Shown here: piece after piece, positions 9,413 through 19,269 of the stretch
Layout of the letters: the number at the start of each line of letters is the position of its first letter
Numbering within the stretch: the stretch's first letter is position 1
Origin: an uncultured Planctomycetota bacterium
GTDB lineage: Bacteria; Planctomycetota; Phycisphaerae; Tepidisphaerales; Tepidisphaeraceae
Length of the DNA stretch: 64,000 nt
NCBI GenBank assembly: GCA_963841915.1
Contig: CAWJEN010000006.1
Span: 864,001 to 928,000 of the forward strand
Direction: 5' to 3'
The notes under the pieces: generated by a model
The model's input: the letters and a program-made list of their open reading frames with translations, nothing else
The model's database searches: none
What the model was told of the DNA's origin: nothing
Position numbers and translations under genes: made by a program

Positions 9413-10843
9413 ATGCGAGGGATCAGCCGTACCACCGTCGTCTTGCCGTTGCTCGCCTCGCTGGCGTGGACGGCCGTTGCTCGTTGTGAGCCTGTCGCAC
9501 CGACGCGTGAGGACATCGCCCACAGTTACCTGCTGTTCGAGCAGTCGGTCGACAAGTACCCACCGCCGCGCGATCTGGCGGAGTTCAACGTCGAGTTCGA
9601 CTGGGTGACGCGGTTGATTTTTCGTCGCAGGTGGGATCGGGCGGCCTCCGAGGTCGCAGCCCTCACTGATCGCTTGCTACCGGCCGAGCTCAGGACGCCC
9701 GCCGAGCGGTCGGCTCGTGGCACGACCGTCCGCCCGTTCCCCGCCGTCGCCACGCCCGGCAGCGAAGTGACGCTGACCTTCGCCCCTTTGTTCCACGTGG
9801 AACAACGGCCCAGCTCGCTTCAGGTGCTGATCCGTGATGACGAGCGTGTGGTCTTTCGCGACGACTTCGATCCGGCTGGTGACACGCTGACGTGGACTGC
9901 TGCAGAAGCCGTTGGGTTCTATACAGTTGACCTCTTGGCCACGCCCGGCAGCAGCGCCTGGACACGGGCGAGCATCAGCATTGTTGCCGACGCACCCAAG
10001 AGCGTCCGGCAGACGCTGCTGAAGCAGCTCGACGCGGTCGTACCCGACGAAGCCCTGCAGCCGGCCGCTTCGGCGCTGCGGGCTCGGCTGAACCTGCTTC
10101 TGGAGCAAGACGATCCGGCCCGCCCTCGCTCCTTCGTCGGTAACGCTGCCGATCTCGTCGAAGATCTCACGACGGAGGTTGCGGCGTTGGCGGCGGGTGA
10201 AGATCCCTACGCCGGAAAGGTCGGCACGTACTGGACGACGCTCGCCGGCATCCCGGCGGTCGTGCACGTGCCCGAGTGGGCTGTTAAGAAGGGTCGGCCG
10301 TTGCCGGTAATCTTCGCGCTCCACGGTGCAGGCGGCGACGAGAACCTTTTTGTCCTCGGCTACGGCGCCGGCAAACTCAAGGGGCTCGCCGACAAGCACG
10401 GGTTCGTCCTGGTGTCGCCGCACACGTATCCGCTGCTCGGTCGCGGCGACCTCCTGGCTGCGATGATGGAGGAGATGAGCAATCGGTATGAGCTCGACCA
10501 GGATCGCGTCTACGCCATCGGCCATTCGCTAGGGGCGATCACGATCGCCGGCTGGACGCTCTCCGACGCCGACGGCCCGGCCAACGACGTCCTGGCAGGC
10601 GTAGGCCTCATCGCCGGGGGCGGCATGACCAAGCCCGTCACCCGGGCAGTCCCCATGTTTGTCGCCGCAGCCGGTCACGATCGCATCTTCAAGCCCGACC
10701 GACTCGAGGCGATGACGCAGGCGGTTCGCAAGCTGGGTCTGGCTGCAGAATTCAAGCTCTATGACGACGAAGCGCACGTCAGCATCGTCCGGCGGTCGCT
10801 CGATGACGTGGTGGGCTGGCTCCTGCAGCAGCGACGTTCCTGA
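9413..10843 (+). CDS. Secreted alpha/beta hydrolase (esterase/phospholipase-like)
   Basis: Signal peptide; LHGAGG, GHSLG, GHD, EAH catalytic motifs. Confidence 0.75.
   Translation: MRGISRTTVVLPLLASLAWTAVARCEPVAPTREDIAHSYLLFEQSVDKYPPPRDLAEFNVEFDWVTRLIFRRRWDRAASEVAALTDRLLPAELRTPAERSARGTTVRPFPAVATPGSEVTLTFAPLFHVEQRPSSLQVLIRDDERVVFRDDFDPAGDTLTWTAAEAVGFYTVDLLATPGSSAWTRASISIVADAPKSVRQTLLKQLDAVVPDEALQPAASALRARLNLLLEQDDPARPRSFVGNAADLVEDLTTEVAALAAGEDPYAGKVGTYWTTLAGIPAVVHVPEWAVKKGRPLPVIFALHGAGGDENLFVLGYGAGKLKGLADKHGFVLVSPHTYPLLGRGDLLAAMMEEMSNRYELDQDRVYAIGHSLGAITIAGWTLSDADGPANDVLAGVGLIAGGGMTKPVTRAVPMFVAAAGHDRIFKPDRLEAMTQAVRKLGLAAEFKLYDDEAHVSIVRRSLDDVVGWLLQQRRS
9789..9804. promoter_or_regulatory. parS site inside a CDS
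   Basis: Perfect TGTTCCACGTGGAACA, encoding LFHVEQ. Confidence 0.8.
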
Positions 10844-10866
10844 CGCTCCTAGTGTCGCGGCTCGAC

Positions 10867-11787
10867 ATGCCAGGGCAAGACGATCAACACGACGGGCGCC
10901 TGCGCATCCAGAAGGTCATGGCCGCTGCGGGTGTGGCCGCCAGGCGCACGTGTGAGCAGTACGTACTGACAGGTCGCGTTCGCGTCAACGGCGAGATCGT
11001 GCGTCGGCTGCCGATCATGGTCGATCCCTACGACGACCGCATCGAGGTCGACGGCGAGCTGATCCGCCCCGACAAACCGCGCGGCACGCGTGGCGTGGGC
11101 AAGGGTCGCGAGCCCAAGCACGTCTACATCCTGCTCAACAAGCCCGAACGCGTCGTCTGCACGAACGTTGCCCAACACACTGGTGGATACCAGCAGACAC
11201 GTGCGATCGACCTGCTGCCGCCACAATTCCGCAGGCGTGTCTGGCCGGTCGGCAGGCTCGACTCCAGCAGTCGCGGCCTGCTGCTGCTTACTGATGATGG
11301 TGAACTGACGCAAAAGCTCACGCACCCGTCGTTCGGCGTCCCTAAGACCTACCGCGTCGCCTGCGACGGCGAGGTGACGAAGGAGATCGTCCAGAAGCTC
11401 AACGACGGCATCTTCCTCGTCGATCGTGACACCGGCGGCGGCAGCAAGACGGCTCCTGCATACGTCAAAGTCATCCGCGCCAATCGCGAGGGCAGCGTGC
11501 TGGAGATGATCCTCAAGGAAGGCCGCAACCGTCAGATTCGCCGCGTGTTGGCATCACTGGGTCATAAGGTGCGCGACCTCAAGCGGACGAGGCTCGGCCC
11601 GATCCAGCTGCGGCAGTTGCCCGAATCTTCAAGCCGTCTGCTGACGCCGCGCGAGCTGGCGGAGCTACGGACGGCTGTCGAACAGGCAGGCCGTCAGGCT
11701 ACTGGCACCAGGCCACGCTCCACAAGCAAGCCCCGCGCCCACTCGCGGTCGTCGGGTGCTAAGGGCGGCTGGGGCTCGGAGCGGTAG
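10867..11787 (+). CDS. rluB: rRNA pseudouridine synthase (RluB/RsuA family) with S4 domain
   Basis: LRIQKVMAAAG, LLNKP, VGRLD, EGRNRQIRR. Confidence 0.85.
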   Translation: MPGQDDQHDGRLRIQKVMAAAGVAARRTCEQYVLTGRVRVNGEIVRRLPIMVDPYDDRIEVDGELIRPDKPRGTRGVGKGREPKHVYILLNKPERVVCTNVAQHTGGYQQTRAIDLLPPQFRRRVWPVGRLDSSSRGLLLLTDDGELTQKLTHPSFGVPKTYRVACDGEVTKEIVQKLNDGIFLVDRDTGGGSKTAPAYVKVIRANREGSVLEMILKEGRNRQIRRVLASLGHKVRDLKRTRLGPIQLRQLPESSSRLLTPRELAELRTAVEQAGRQATGTRPRSTSKPRAHSRSSGAKGGWGSER

Positions 11788-12530
11788 ATGCTTTTCGGTG
11801 CGCCACCCGCTTCCGTGACGCGGTCGAGAGCTTCCTGTACCTGCAGCGGCACATCTGCATCTCCTGGTAAAAGTGGGATGGGCAGCGTCGGAGTCGCGTC
11901 GCGTAGTCGCCACGTCCAGATGTCCGTGTCCTCTACCTTTGCCGAGTACGGCATTCCTCCTGCCGCTTGACGCACCGTCTGCGAGCGAACCAACATGGCC
12001 GAGTAGTCGAACTCGGGCAAATCAGCATGCGTGGGAAGTAAGTTGCCGCCTGCTCGAAGCAGGTCGATTTGTAGCACGTTCACGCCCCCCTCAACAAGCT
12101 GACGACGTTTGCCTGCGTACTGGCTTCGTCCCGTCGTCTTGTTGGTTGGGCTGATGAGTTCAATGACCGAAATGACGGCTTCGTCGGCAACCGAGCGGAT
12201 CTCGATAGATCGCTGCAGGTCTTCGACAAGGTCGGTGTCGTAGAAGAACGCAGCATGCGCCGTAGGCGCTGTCAGAGCAGCGGCAGTGTCCCGCGGTGAA
12301 GTCGCTTGGCCATCTGCTTTGGTCAGCACAACAGCACCGTCCGCTCTGACGCGCCGCTCTGCAGCCGGCGGCTCACGGATGGTCAATGTCTCTACGACCC
12401 GCCCCTCGTATTTTTCGTCCAACTGCGGGACGAGCATTCGCCACATCTCCACGACCAAGATCGTGTGGAAGCCTTGCCAGTTGCTCGGCTGCTCCAGGTA
12501 CGGGTTCATGCCGGGTAAGACAGTCTCCAT
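11694..12530 (-). CDS. DUF4058 family protein
   Basis: PGMNPYLE..WQGFH, VIELISPTNK, IDLLRAG, PIPLLPGD, PQPPL..DDREW. Confidence 0.8.
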   Translation of the reverse strand: METVLPGMNPYLEQPSNWQGFHTILVVEMWRMLVPQLDEKYEGRVVETLTIREPPAAERRVRADGAVVLTKADGQATSPRDTAAALTAPTAHAAFFYDTDLVEDLQRSIEIRSVADEAVISVIELISPTNKTTGRSQYAGKRRQLVEGGVNVLQIDLLRAGGNLLPTHADLPEFDYSAMLVRSQTVRQAAGGMPYSAKVEDTDIWTWRLRDATPTLPIPLLPGDADVPLQVQEALDRVTEAGGAPKSIYRSEPQPPLAPDDREWARGLLVERGLVPVA

Positions 12531-12542
12531 GGTTTCACCATC

Positions 12543-14372
12543 TTACCCGATTCCCTTACTCGCCAGGTCGCGAAGCTCGGCGTGCCAAGCGGGACGGTCC
12601 TCTGCGCTTGTTCCCTCCGGCAGCAGGCTCCGACGCGTTGTGTTGACCAAGGCCTGCAGCGTCTGGAACCGACGCGTCTCTTCGATCGCCGGTGGCAGGT
12701 AATCGGCGGCGACGACGCGAACATCCTCGACACTCAGCGACCCCTTGCGGCGACGGGCCTTGAGCAGCGACCGCAGCGAGCCGAACGCTGCCGCACTCGT
12801 GGCCGATAGTTCAGGTTCCAGCTCGGCGGCGATGGCCGAGAGGTCGCCGTCGACGCTGCCACGGAGCATCCATTCGACGAACGCCATCCGGTCGTCGCCC
12901 GTCGGGTCGAGCACCGGCAGGATCAGATCACCCGAACGACCCGGCCGACGGATGTCGGGGCTGAGCAGGTGAATGCGGGCCGTCATCAGCAGCCACGTCA
13001 CGCGGCCGCGGAGCTGTGGGTCGCTCATCATCTGCTGGACCTTGCCGGTTAGGCGACGCTCCGTCTCGTGACTGCCCGCACCGACGCCGCCAAACGCGGT
13101 GTCGGCCTCATCAACGAAAATTACGACCCGCCCCAGCCCTGAGAGTGTCCGCCGGAGCTTCTCGAACAGCACGTCGGTCTGACCGAACCACTGGCTGCGA
13201 AGGTTCTTCAGCGTCAGCACCGGCAGGCCCAGTTCACCGGCGACAGCCTCGAAGACGAACGTCTTACCGGCACCGATCGGACCCGCCACGGCCGCGCCTC
13301 CCAGGGCATCTTCGCCACGGCTCTGGATGCGCGGGATGACCTCGTCGCGTAGAAACTGCTTGAGCTTCGAATTGCCGACAACATCTTCCAGTGTGTGCGT
13401 CGGTCGCTTGAACTCGACCACATCCTCACCGAGCTCACCGGCGACAAAGGCTTCGACGGCTTGCGTCACGTCGGTCGGCGTCGGCGGGCGACCTTCATGG
13501 TCAGCCAACCGCATGAGCTGGCGAAGTGCCTGGATGCCAAGCCCTGCCGTCGCTGCGGCGAGGGCATCGATGTCGAACGACGGCTTCTGAGGTGCAGCCT
13601 TGCCCTCGGGCAGCGACGCCGGCTCTTCGGCTGCTTTAGGCTGGTGCTGCGTGAGGTAGTGCCGTCTGCGCGATTCGTCAGGCGGGTCAATACTGATGTC
13701 GAGCACCTGCGGGAGCGACGTGACGAGCGCGGACACACCGCCCCGGCTTTCGGCGAGGAGCACTACCGAATCAGCGGCGTCCTGGAAGTCTGCGTCGCCG
13801 AACCAGTCACGCAAAATTCCCACGCGGTGCCGATCAGCGGCATTGAGGCGACCCGCATCCTCGCCACCATTGGGCACGAGCAGGTCTGCCGCCTCGATCC
13901 AAATGAGCAACGTGTCACCGTAGATTGGGCGGCCTTGCCCGTCTTTAGCGCGTCGCATCTGGCAAAGCTGGCGTAGGAACTCGAGCGATGCCGTCGGGCT
14001 ACCGGTGGCGTCGCGGACGAGTCGGTCGAACTCGGTGCCGTTGATATCGATGGCTTTGCTCGCTCGCCTGTCGAGCAAGGCTTGCAGGGCCAGCTCATCA
14101 GGATCACCACCACCGCGCCACGTCGCCCAAGCGATTTTTAGTCGATCCGCTGCCTCAGGCGGGTGAATGCGAATGGGCCCGTTGAGCTCGCAGACGAGTT
14201 GCGTGACGCCCGCCACGCCACACCGGCCGAGTAGAAAGGTCGGCAGCGGTACGTACCGATCACCTCTTTGGTAGAGGTCGTGCGTTCCGCCGTGCAAGAT
14301 GACCGATCGAGCCCTGCCGCTGTTGAGGGTGCGGGCAAGATGGGTAAACCACGCGTAGCCAGGGTCCGTCAC
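12543..14372 (-). CDS. AAA+ family ATPase with degenerate N-terminal and intact C-terminal module
   Basis: GPIGAGKT, VIFVDEAD, RRPGR arginine finger. Confidence 0.85.
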   Translation of the reverse strand: MTDPGYAWFTHLARTLNSGRARSVILHGGTHDLYQRGDRYVPLPTFLLGRCGVAGVTQLVCELNGPIRIHPPEAADRLKIAWATWRGGGDPDELALQALLDRRASKAIDINGTEFDRLVRDATGSPTASLEFLRQLCQMRRAKDGQGRPIYGDTLLIWIEAADLLVPNGGEDAGRLNAADRHRVGILRDWFGDADFQDAADSVVLLAESRGGVSALVTSLPQVLDISIDPPDESRRRHYLTQHQPKAAEEPASLPEGKAAPQKPSFDIDALAAATAGLGIQALRQLMRLADHEGRPPTPTDVTQAVEAFVAGELGEDVVEFKRPTHTLEDVVGNSKLKQFLRDEVIPRIQSRGEDALGGAAVAGPIGAGKTFVFEAVAGELGLPVLTLKNLRSQWFGQTDVLFEKLRRTLSGLGRVVIFVDEADTAFGGVGAGSHETERRLTGKVQQMMSDPQLRGRVTWLLMTARIHLLSPDIRRPGRSGDLILPVLDPTGDDRMAFVEWMLRGSVDGDLSAIAAELEPELSATSAAAFGSLRSLLKARRRKGSLSVEDVRVVAADYLPPAIEETRRFQTLQALVNTTRRSLLPEGTSAEDRPAWHAELRDLASKGIG

Positions 14373-14405
14373 GCAAGCAGCTTAGCGGCCTTCGGCAGCA
14401 CGCAG

Positions 14406-15566
14406 TCACACCAGTGCGGGCTGAAGTTGCTTGTTTTCGCGGAAGCCGGGCTTGAAGCGGTCCTTGAGCTTGAGCAGCGGTCGCTCTAGCACGAGGAAGC
14501 TGACCTCCGCCGCCAGCCAGGTGACGAGCATGGCCACCACGAACAGCACCAGCCGGAAGGGCTTTGCATCGTCGGGCGAGATAAAACGCGTGACGACTTG
14601 GTTGGCCGTGACGAGCGCGAGCATGTGGTAGAGGTACATGCCGTAGCTGACGAGGCCGAGACGGCGGACGGGTGCCCACTGAAGCGGCCTGGCAAGCGCG
14701 CCGTCTTCGCGGGTGACACAGGCGGCGACGAAGCCGACCATGATGACGTGCAGCACGATCCGCGGCCAGCCCGTCACTTCGCCGGTCCAGAACAGCACCG
14801 GCAGCAGCACCGCCGCCAGCCAGACAGGCCGAGCCCAGGCGAAGCCGGTGACCTTGCTGACGGTCGCGTAGCCGTTCGGCTGGTGCATGACGTGGGCTAG
14901 CAACACACCCATGGCAATGGGTGCAAAGGTAACTTCCAGCACCTCCAGCGGCGGGTGAGCGATACCGAAGACACCCATCGCAAAAAGAACGTTCAACAAC
15001 AGGAACGGCACGAGGAACGCCCGCACTGCCAAGCCGGCCAGCAGCACCAGCAATGGCGGCCAAACGAGGTAAAACTGCTCTTCAACGGCCAGCGACCAAG
15101 CGTGGAACAACAAGTGCCCTTGGGCATCAGTCCAATTCGTCGTAAAGGTCAGCAGCAACGGCAGGTCACCGACGAACGTGGCCATGCCTTCGTCGCCGCC
15201 ACGGACAAGCTGGTACACAGCCGTGAGCGCGATGGTGAGGTAGTAGATTGGGAAGATTCGCAACGTCCGCCTTGCGTAGAAGGCGGTGAGATCGATCTTT
15301 CCCATCCGGTCGCGCTCGCGCAACAGCAGCGTCGCGATGAGGTAGCCGCTAAGGACGAAGAATAGGTCGACGCCAAGGTAGCCGCGAACTGAGCCCGGCA
15401 GCGACCAGTCCGCGAAGGTGCCGGCCGCATGGTGCCACACAACCGCCACAATGGCCAAGCACCGGATGCCGTCTAGTGACCCGAAGTGTCTGGTCGCGAG
15501 GTACTGCTGATGCTCGTCCTGAATCGTCTGCACGGCCTTTGTGTGTCTATCGGACAGCCGGATCAC
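14406..15566 (-). CDS. Acyltransferase family 3 (OafA-like)
   Basis: LDGIRCLA, GVDLFFVLSGYLI, RRTLRIFP, WSLAVEEQFY, SYGMYLYH. Confidence 0.92.
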   Translation of the reverse strand: MIRLSDRHTKAVQTIQDEHQQYLATRHFGSLDGIRCLAIVAVVWHHAAGTFADWSLPGSVRGYLGVDLFFVLSGYLIATLLLRERDRMGKIDLTAFYARRTLRIFPIYYLTIALTAVYQLVRGGDEGMATFVGDLPLLLTFTTNWTDAQGHLLFHAWSLAVEEQFYLVWPPLLVLLAGLAVRAFLVPFLLLNVLFAMGVFGIAHPPLEVLEVTFAPIAMGVLLAHVMHQPNGYATVSKVTGFAWARPVWLAAVLLPVLFWTGEVTGWPRIVLHVIMVGFVAACVTREDGALARPLQWAPVRRLGLVSYGMYLYHMLALVTANQVVTRFISPDDAKPFRLVLFVVAMLVTWLAAEVSFLVLERPLLKLKDRFKPGFRENKQLQPALV

Positions 15567-15785
15567 CTAATTCAGGCAGATGACGAACTTCTTGAGTCGG
15601 CAGGCCTCGCAACCGTAGCAAACTACCCAAGTTTCTCGAGTTAATGTTGCCCAGAGACCTGCCGTGGCAGAGCCTATCGAACATACTTCTGACTCAACCA
15701 GTAGATGCTGAGTCGATGTTGCTGCGTGAGTCTAAATGACTTGATGCGTCATCGGCACCTGCTTCTGCTCCCGCTCGAGATGCTT

Positions 15786-17750
15786 ATGTCCATGACCCGC
15801 CGTACTGCCGTTGATGTCGCCGTCCTGCAGACGCTTGAAGGCCGCAGGCTCCTGTCTGCCTCGGTTTTCGACTCCGAAGCCGTCTCAGCGCGGGTGATCG
15901 ATGCACCAATCATGGTCGGTCAGACGGTGCCGGCCGGTTACGACTCGGACGGTGCTCCAACGGAAGGAACGGTCCAGGCCACGCCGTCGACTTATGGCGA
16001 GCTTCACGCGTTGCCGGTTCCAGAGTTTTTCGGCCCGCAAGCGATACAGACGGTCGAGCCGCAGGCCGCTCCGCTGAGCGAGACGTTCCAGCTCAACAGC
16101 CGCCCGGGTGCGAACCAGGTGATCTACCTCGACTTCGACGGCCACACAACGACGAACACCACCTGGAATTTCCAGGGTTATGGTCAGACGATCGTCACGC
16201 CGGCCTTCAACTCCGAGGGCAGCGACAGCTCGTTCACGAATAATGAGCTGACGCAGATCCAGAACGTGTGGGAGCGGGTCGCTGAGGACTTTGCCCCCTT
16301 CGATGTCAACGTAACGACGCAAGAGCCGACCCAAGACTATTTGCGGCGTAGCGGCTCCAACGACCAGGAATGGGGCGTTCGTTTGGTCATCGGCCCCAAC
16401 ACGTTCTTTAGCTCAGCCGGCGGCGTCGCGTACGTCGGCTCGTTCAACGACACCACCGACACGCCCGCCTTCGTCTTCAGCCCGTCGCTCGGCAACAGCA
16501 CCAAGAACATTGCTGAGGCGACCAGCCACGAAGCGGGTCACACCCTCGGCCTCTTCCACGACGGCGAGAGCCCGGGTGACGGTGACTACTACCGCGGACA
16601 CGACAGCGGCGCGACCGGTTGGGCACCAATCATGGGCATTGGCTACGGCAAGCAACTCACCCAATGGAGCAAGGGCGAATACACAGGTGCAACCGCGTTT
16701 CAGGATGACTTAGCCATCATCGCCGGTAACGGAAACGGCTTCGGCTACATCGCGGACGATTATTCAGACCCGATCGACACCAGCGGCGGGTTCATCACGC
16801 AGGACGTCAACGGCAACTTCGCTCGTGACGGCCTCATCACGACCGAGTTTGACCAGGACACGTTCGCCTTTACCCACGGCGGCGGACCGCTGACGGTCAA
16901 TGTCAATGTGCCGGGCTCCATCGCCAATCTGGACGCACAGCTCCAGCTGTTCAGGCAGAATGCCGACGGGTCGTTTACCGCCGTCTCCAGCAGCAACCCG
17001 GCCTCCAGCCTCAACGCCTCAATCAGCGGCAGCTACACGTCTGGCACCTACCTCGCCCGCGTTGACGGCCTGGGCAAAGGCAATCCCTTCGCAAACTCCC
17101 CCAGCGGCTACACCGATTACGGCTCGATCGGCCAGTACAGGATCTTTGTCGACGCCTCACCCAGCGACATCACGGCACCGGTCGTGACGGACATGTTCCT
17201 GTCGTCGAGCAGCTGGTCGTCGTCCTTCCTCAGCTCGGTTGATCCGACCGGCGGCACCGGCTACGCCATCGTCAGCAACGGCCAACACGTCGGCGGCCGG
17301 ACCCTGCCTTGGTCGGGGCTCGACACGCTGACCGTGAAGTTCAGCGAAGAGGTTCTCTTCGGCGCAAGCGGTTCCTCCCCGCTCGAAGCTGCTGTCGCCG
17401 GCAACGCGGTCGGCGTGGCCAGCACTTACAGCTACGACGCGCAAACCAAGACTGCCGTCTTCACCTTCAACAGCTCACTTACCGGTGGTGAGGCAACGTT
17501 CGGCTTCAGCGGCGGAACGACAGACTTTGCAGGCAACGAGCTGCAGGCCTCTGCGTCCGCCCGCGTGCTGCCCGGCGATGCCAACGGCGACGGTGTCGTG
17601 TCGATCCTCGATTTTGCCGCTCTCCGCAGCGCGTTCAGCACGACGCCCGTACAGTCGAACTACAGCGTCTTCACTGACTACACCGGTGACGGCTTCGTCT
17701 CGATCCTCGACTTTGCCGTCCTTCGCGGCAACTTCTCGGCGAGCGCCTGA
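15786..17750 (+). CDS. Zinc metalloprotease with PPC-like and dockerin type I domains
   Basis: LEGRRLLS N-terminal motif; HEAGHTLGLFH; GDANGDGVVSILDF and DYTGDGFVSILDF repeats. Confidence 0.8.
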   Translation: MSMTRRTAVDVAVLQTLEGRRLLSASVFDSEAVSARVIDAPIMVGQTVPAGYDSDGAPTEGTVQATPSTYGELHALPVPEFFGPQAIQTVEPQAAPLSETFQLNSRPGANQVIYLDFDGHTTTNTTWNFQGYGQTIVTPAFNSEGSDSSFTNNELTQIQNVWERVAEDFAPFDVNVTTQEPTQDYLRRSGSNDQEWGVRLVIGPNTFFSSAGGVAYVGSFNDTTDTPAFVFSPSLGNSTKNIAEATSHEAGHTLGLFHDGESPGDGDYYRGHDSGATGWAPIMGIGYGKQLTQWSKGEYTGATAFQDDLAIIAGNGNGFGYIADDYSDPIDTSGGFITQDVNGNFARDGLITTEFDQDTFAFTHGGGPLTVNVNVPGSIANLDAQLQLFRQNADGSFTAVSSSNPASSLNASISGSYTSGTYLARVDGLGKGNPFANSPSGYTDYGSIGQYRIFVDASPSDITAPVVTDMFLSSSSWSSSFLSSVDPTGGTGYAIVSNGQHVGGRTLPWSGLDTLTVKFSEEVLFGASGSSPLEAAVAGNAVGVASTYSYDAQTKTAVFTFNSSLTGGEATFGFSGGTTDFAGNELQASASARVLPGDANGDGVVSILDFAALRSAFSTTPVQSNYSVFTDYTGDGFVSILDFAVLRGNFSASA

Positions 17751-17852
17751 GGCCAGCAACATCACGGTTTACAGGCGGCCGTCGACGCATCTGCGTCGGC
17801 GGCCGCTTCGGTTGGCCCGTCGGTGATGCGAGTGCCTACGCTGCCGATCCCC

Positions 17853-17939
17853 GGAGAGATGCCCGAGTGGCTGAAGGGGCAGCACTGGAAATGCTGTGTG
17901 CGGTTTACCGTACCGGGAGTTCGAATCTCCCTCTCTCCG
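17853..17939 (+). tRNA. tRNA-Ser(GGA)
   Basis: GGAGAGA/TCTCTCC acceptor, CAGCA-CTGGAAA-TGCTG anticodon arm, long variable arm, GTTCGAATC. Confidence 0.95.
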
Positions 17940-17945
17940 CTTTTG

Positions 17946-18425
17946 TTACTGACGATGCGACGCAGAAGGCGGCTGGTCCGCCTTCTCGTCGTCGCTGAGC
18001 TCGTCTACGAGGCTGCCAGGCCACATCGCCACCTTTGCCCGGTGAGCCGCCCGGGCAAGCATGTGGCTGCCGATCGGGGCGGCGATGAACACGAAGGCCA
18101 CGACCAGCAACGCCTTGGTCAACGCGACGATGCCCGGCGCGCCACCGGAGGCTTTGGAGTCGGTCTTGATCTCAAGTTGCGCCTCAGCCGCCCAAGAATC
18201 AGCGGCCTGGATCTGGTCGACGTTGCCGATGGTCGCGACGAAGAACACGAGCGCCCCCAGCAGCCCGATGATGCCGAGCGTGACACACTTGCTCGACGCG
18301 TGGCTTCGGCAGTAAACGTCTGGCAGGCGAACGACGCCGACTGCGCCGACGAGCATGAAAAACACGCCACCGACGAGGCAGAAGATCGTCAGCAACAGCA
18401 GAAAGATGACGAGCAGGCTCTCCAT
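17946..18425 (-). CDS. mrpG: Mrp cation/proton antiporter subunit G
   Basis: RLPDVYCRSHASSK, APIGSHMLARAA. Confidence 0.88.
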   Translation of the reverse strand: MESLLVIFLLLLTIFCLVGGVFFMLVGAVGVVRLPDVYCRSHASSKCVTLGIIGLLGALVFFVATIGNVDQIQAADSWAAEAQLEIKTDSKASGGAPGIVALTKALLVVAFVFIAAPIGSHMLARAAHRAKVAMWPGSLVDELSDDEKADQPPSASHRQ

Positions 18426-18745
18426 CAGGAAGACTCCTCGGGCTCTGGGTTGTGGACGAACGGCCGTGCGACGAACTGGGCGATGGCGACGGTGCCTGCA
18501 AAGCTGAGCAGGGCCAGCACGAGCATGCCGTCGATGAACAGGATTTCTCCGCCTCTGAGCGTCAAAATGATGACGAGACCGAGTACCTGCACGCCCATGG
18601 CATCGACGGCCACACCACGATCGGCCAGCGTCGGCCCGCGCACCAGCCGATACAGGCACAAACCGATGCCGATGATCAGCGCAATCAGTCCGATGATTGC
18701 CAGCACCTGAACGACGCTCGCCAGGAAAGTGATGACACTCGTCAT
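18425..18745 (-). CDS. mrpF: Mrp antiporter subunit F
   Basis: RLVRGPTLADRGVAVD, LSFAGTVA. Confidence 0.9.
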   Translation of the reverse strand: MTSVITFLASVVQVLAIIGLIALIIGIGLCLYRLVRGPTLADRGVAVDAMGVQVLGLVIILTLRGGEILFIDGMLVLALLSFAGTVAIAQFVARPFVHNPEPEESS

Positions 18746-19269
18746 GCAGCCACCTCCTCGGGCTCGTCGCCACCGCTTAGCAGCACGTCACGCTCCATGC
18801 GAACGCGCAGCGCGTCGAGGTCAGCGACGACGGCGGCGCGGTCCCGCGCAAACAGGGCGTGGATGTAGAGCAGCGTGCGGCCGTCGCTGGTCGTATTGAC
18901 GTCGACGACCAGCGTGCCGGGCGTGAGCGTGACGGCGCTGGAAAACGCGACGATGGCCGTCTCGCCGAGGCCCGTGACGTCGTACCGCAGGATACTCGGC
19001 TGGATCGACATGCCGGGCGTCAAGATTTCGCGGGCGATCTCCAGGTTGCTCTTGACGAGCAGCTTAAAGAAGTGAACGGCGAAGCCTGCGACGGCGAAGA
19101 GCCTGCGGCCGTAGGCGTTCCACAGCGTGTCTCGGCCGCGGATGCGGGCGAACAGCAGCAGCGTCGCATAGCCGAACGCAAAGCCGAGCGCCAATGTGTA
19201 AATCGACAGGTCGCCCCACAGGAAGACCCAAAGCACCGCCAGAAGCAGATTGACGACGAAAAGGCTCAT
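18742..19269 (-). CDS. mrpE: Mrp antiporter subunit E
   Basis: VTLTPGTL, LYIHAL. Confidence 0.9.
   Translation of the reverse strand: MSLFVVNLLLAVLWVFLWGDLSIYTLALGFAFGYATLLLFARIRGRDTLWNAYGRRLFAVAGFAVHFFKLLVKSNLEIAREILTPGMSIQPSILRYDVTGLGETAIVAFSSAVTLTPGTLVVDVNTTSDGRTLLYIHALFARDRAAVVADLDALRVRMERDVLLSGGDEPEEVAA

Noticed and set aside
17940..17960. tRNA-Ser as an integration site
   Set aside because: No integrase or duplicated tRNA 3' end seen; mrpG ends 6 bp away
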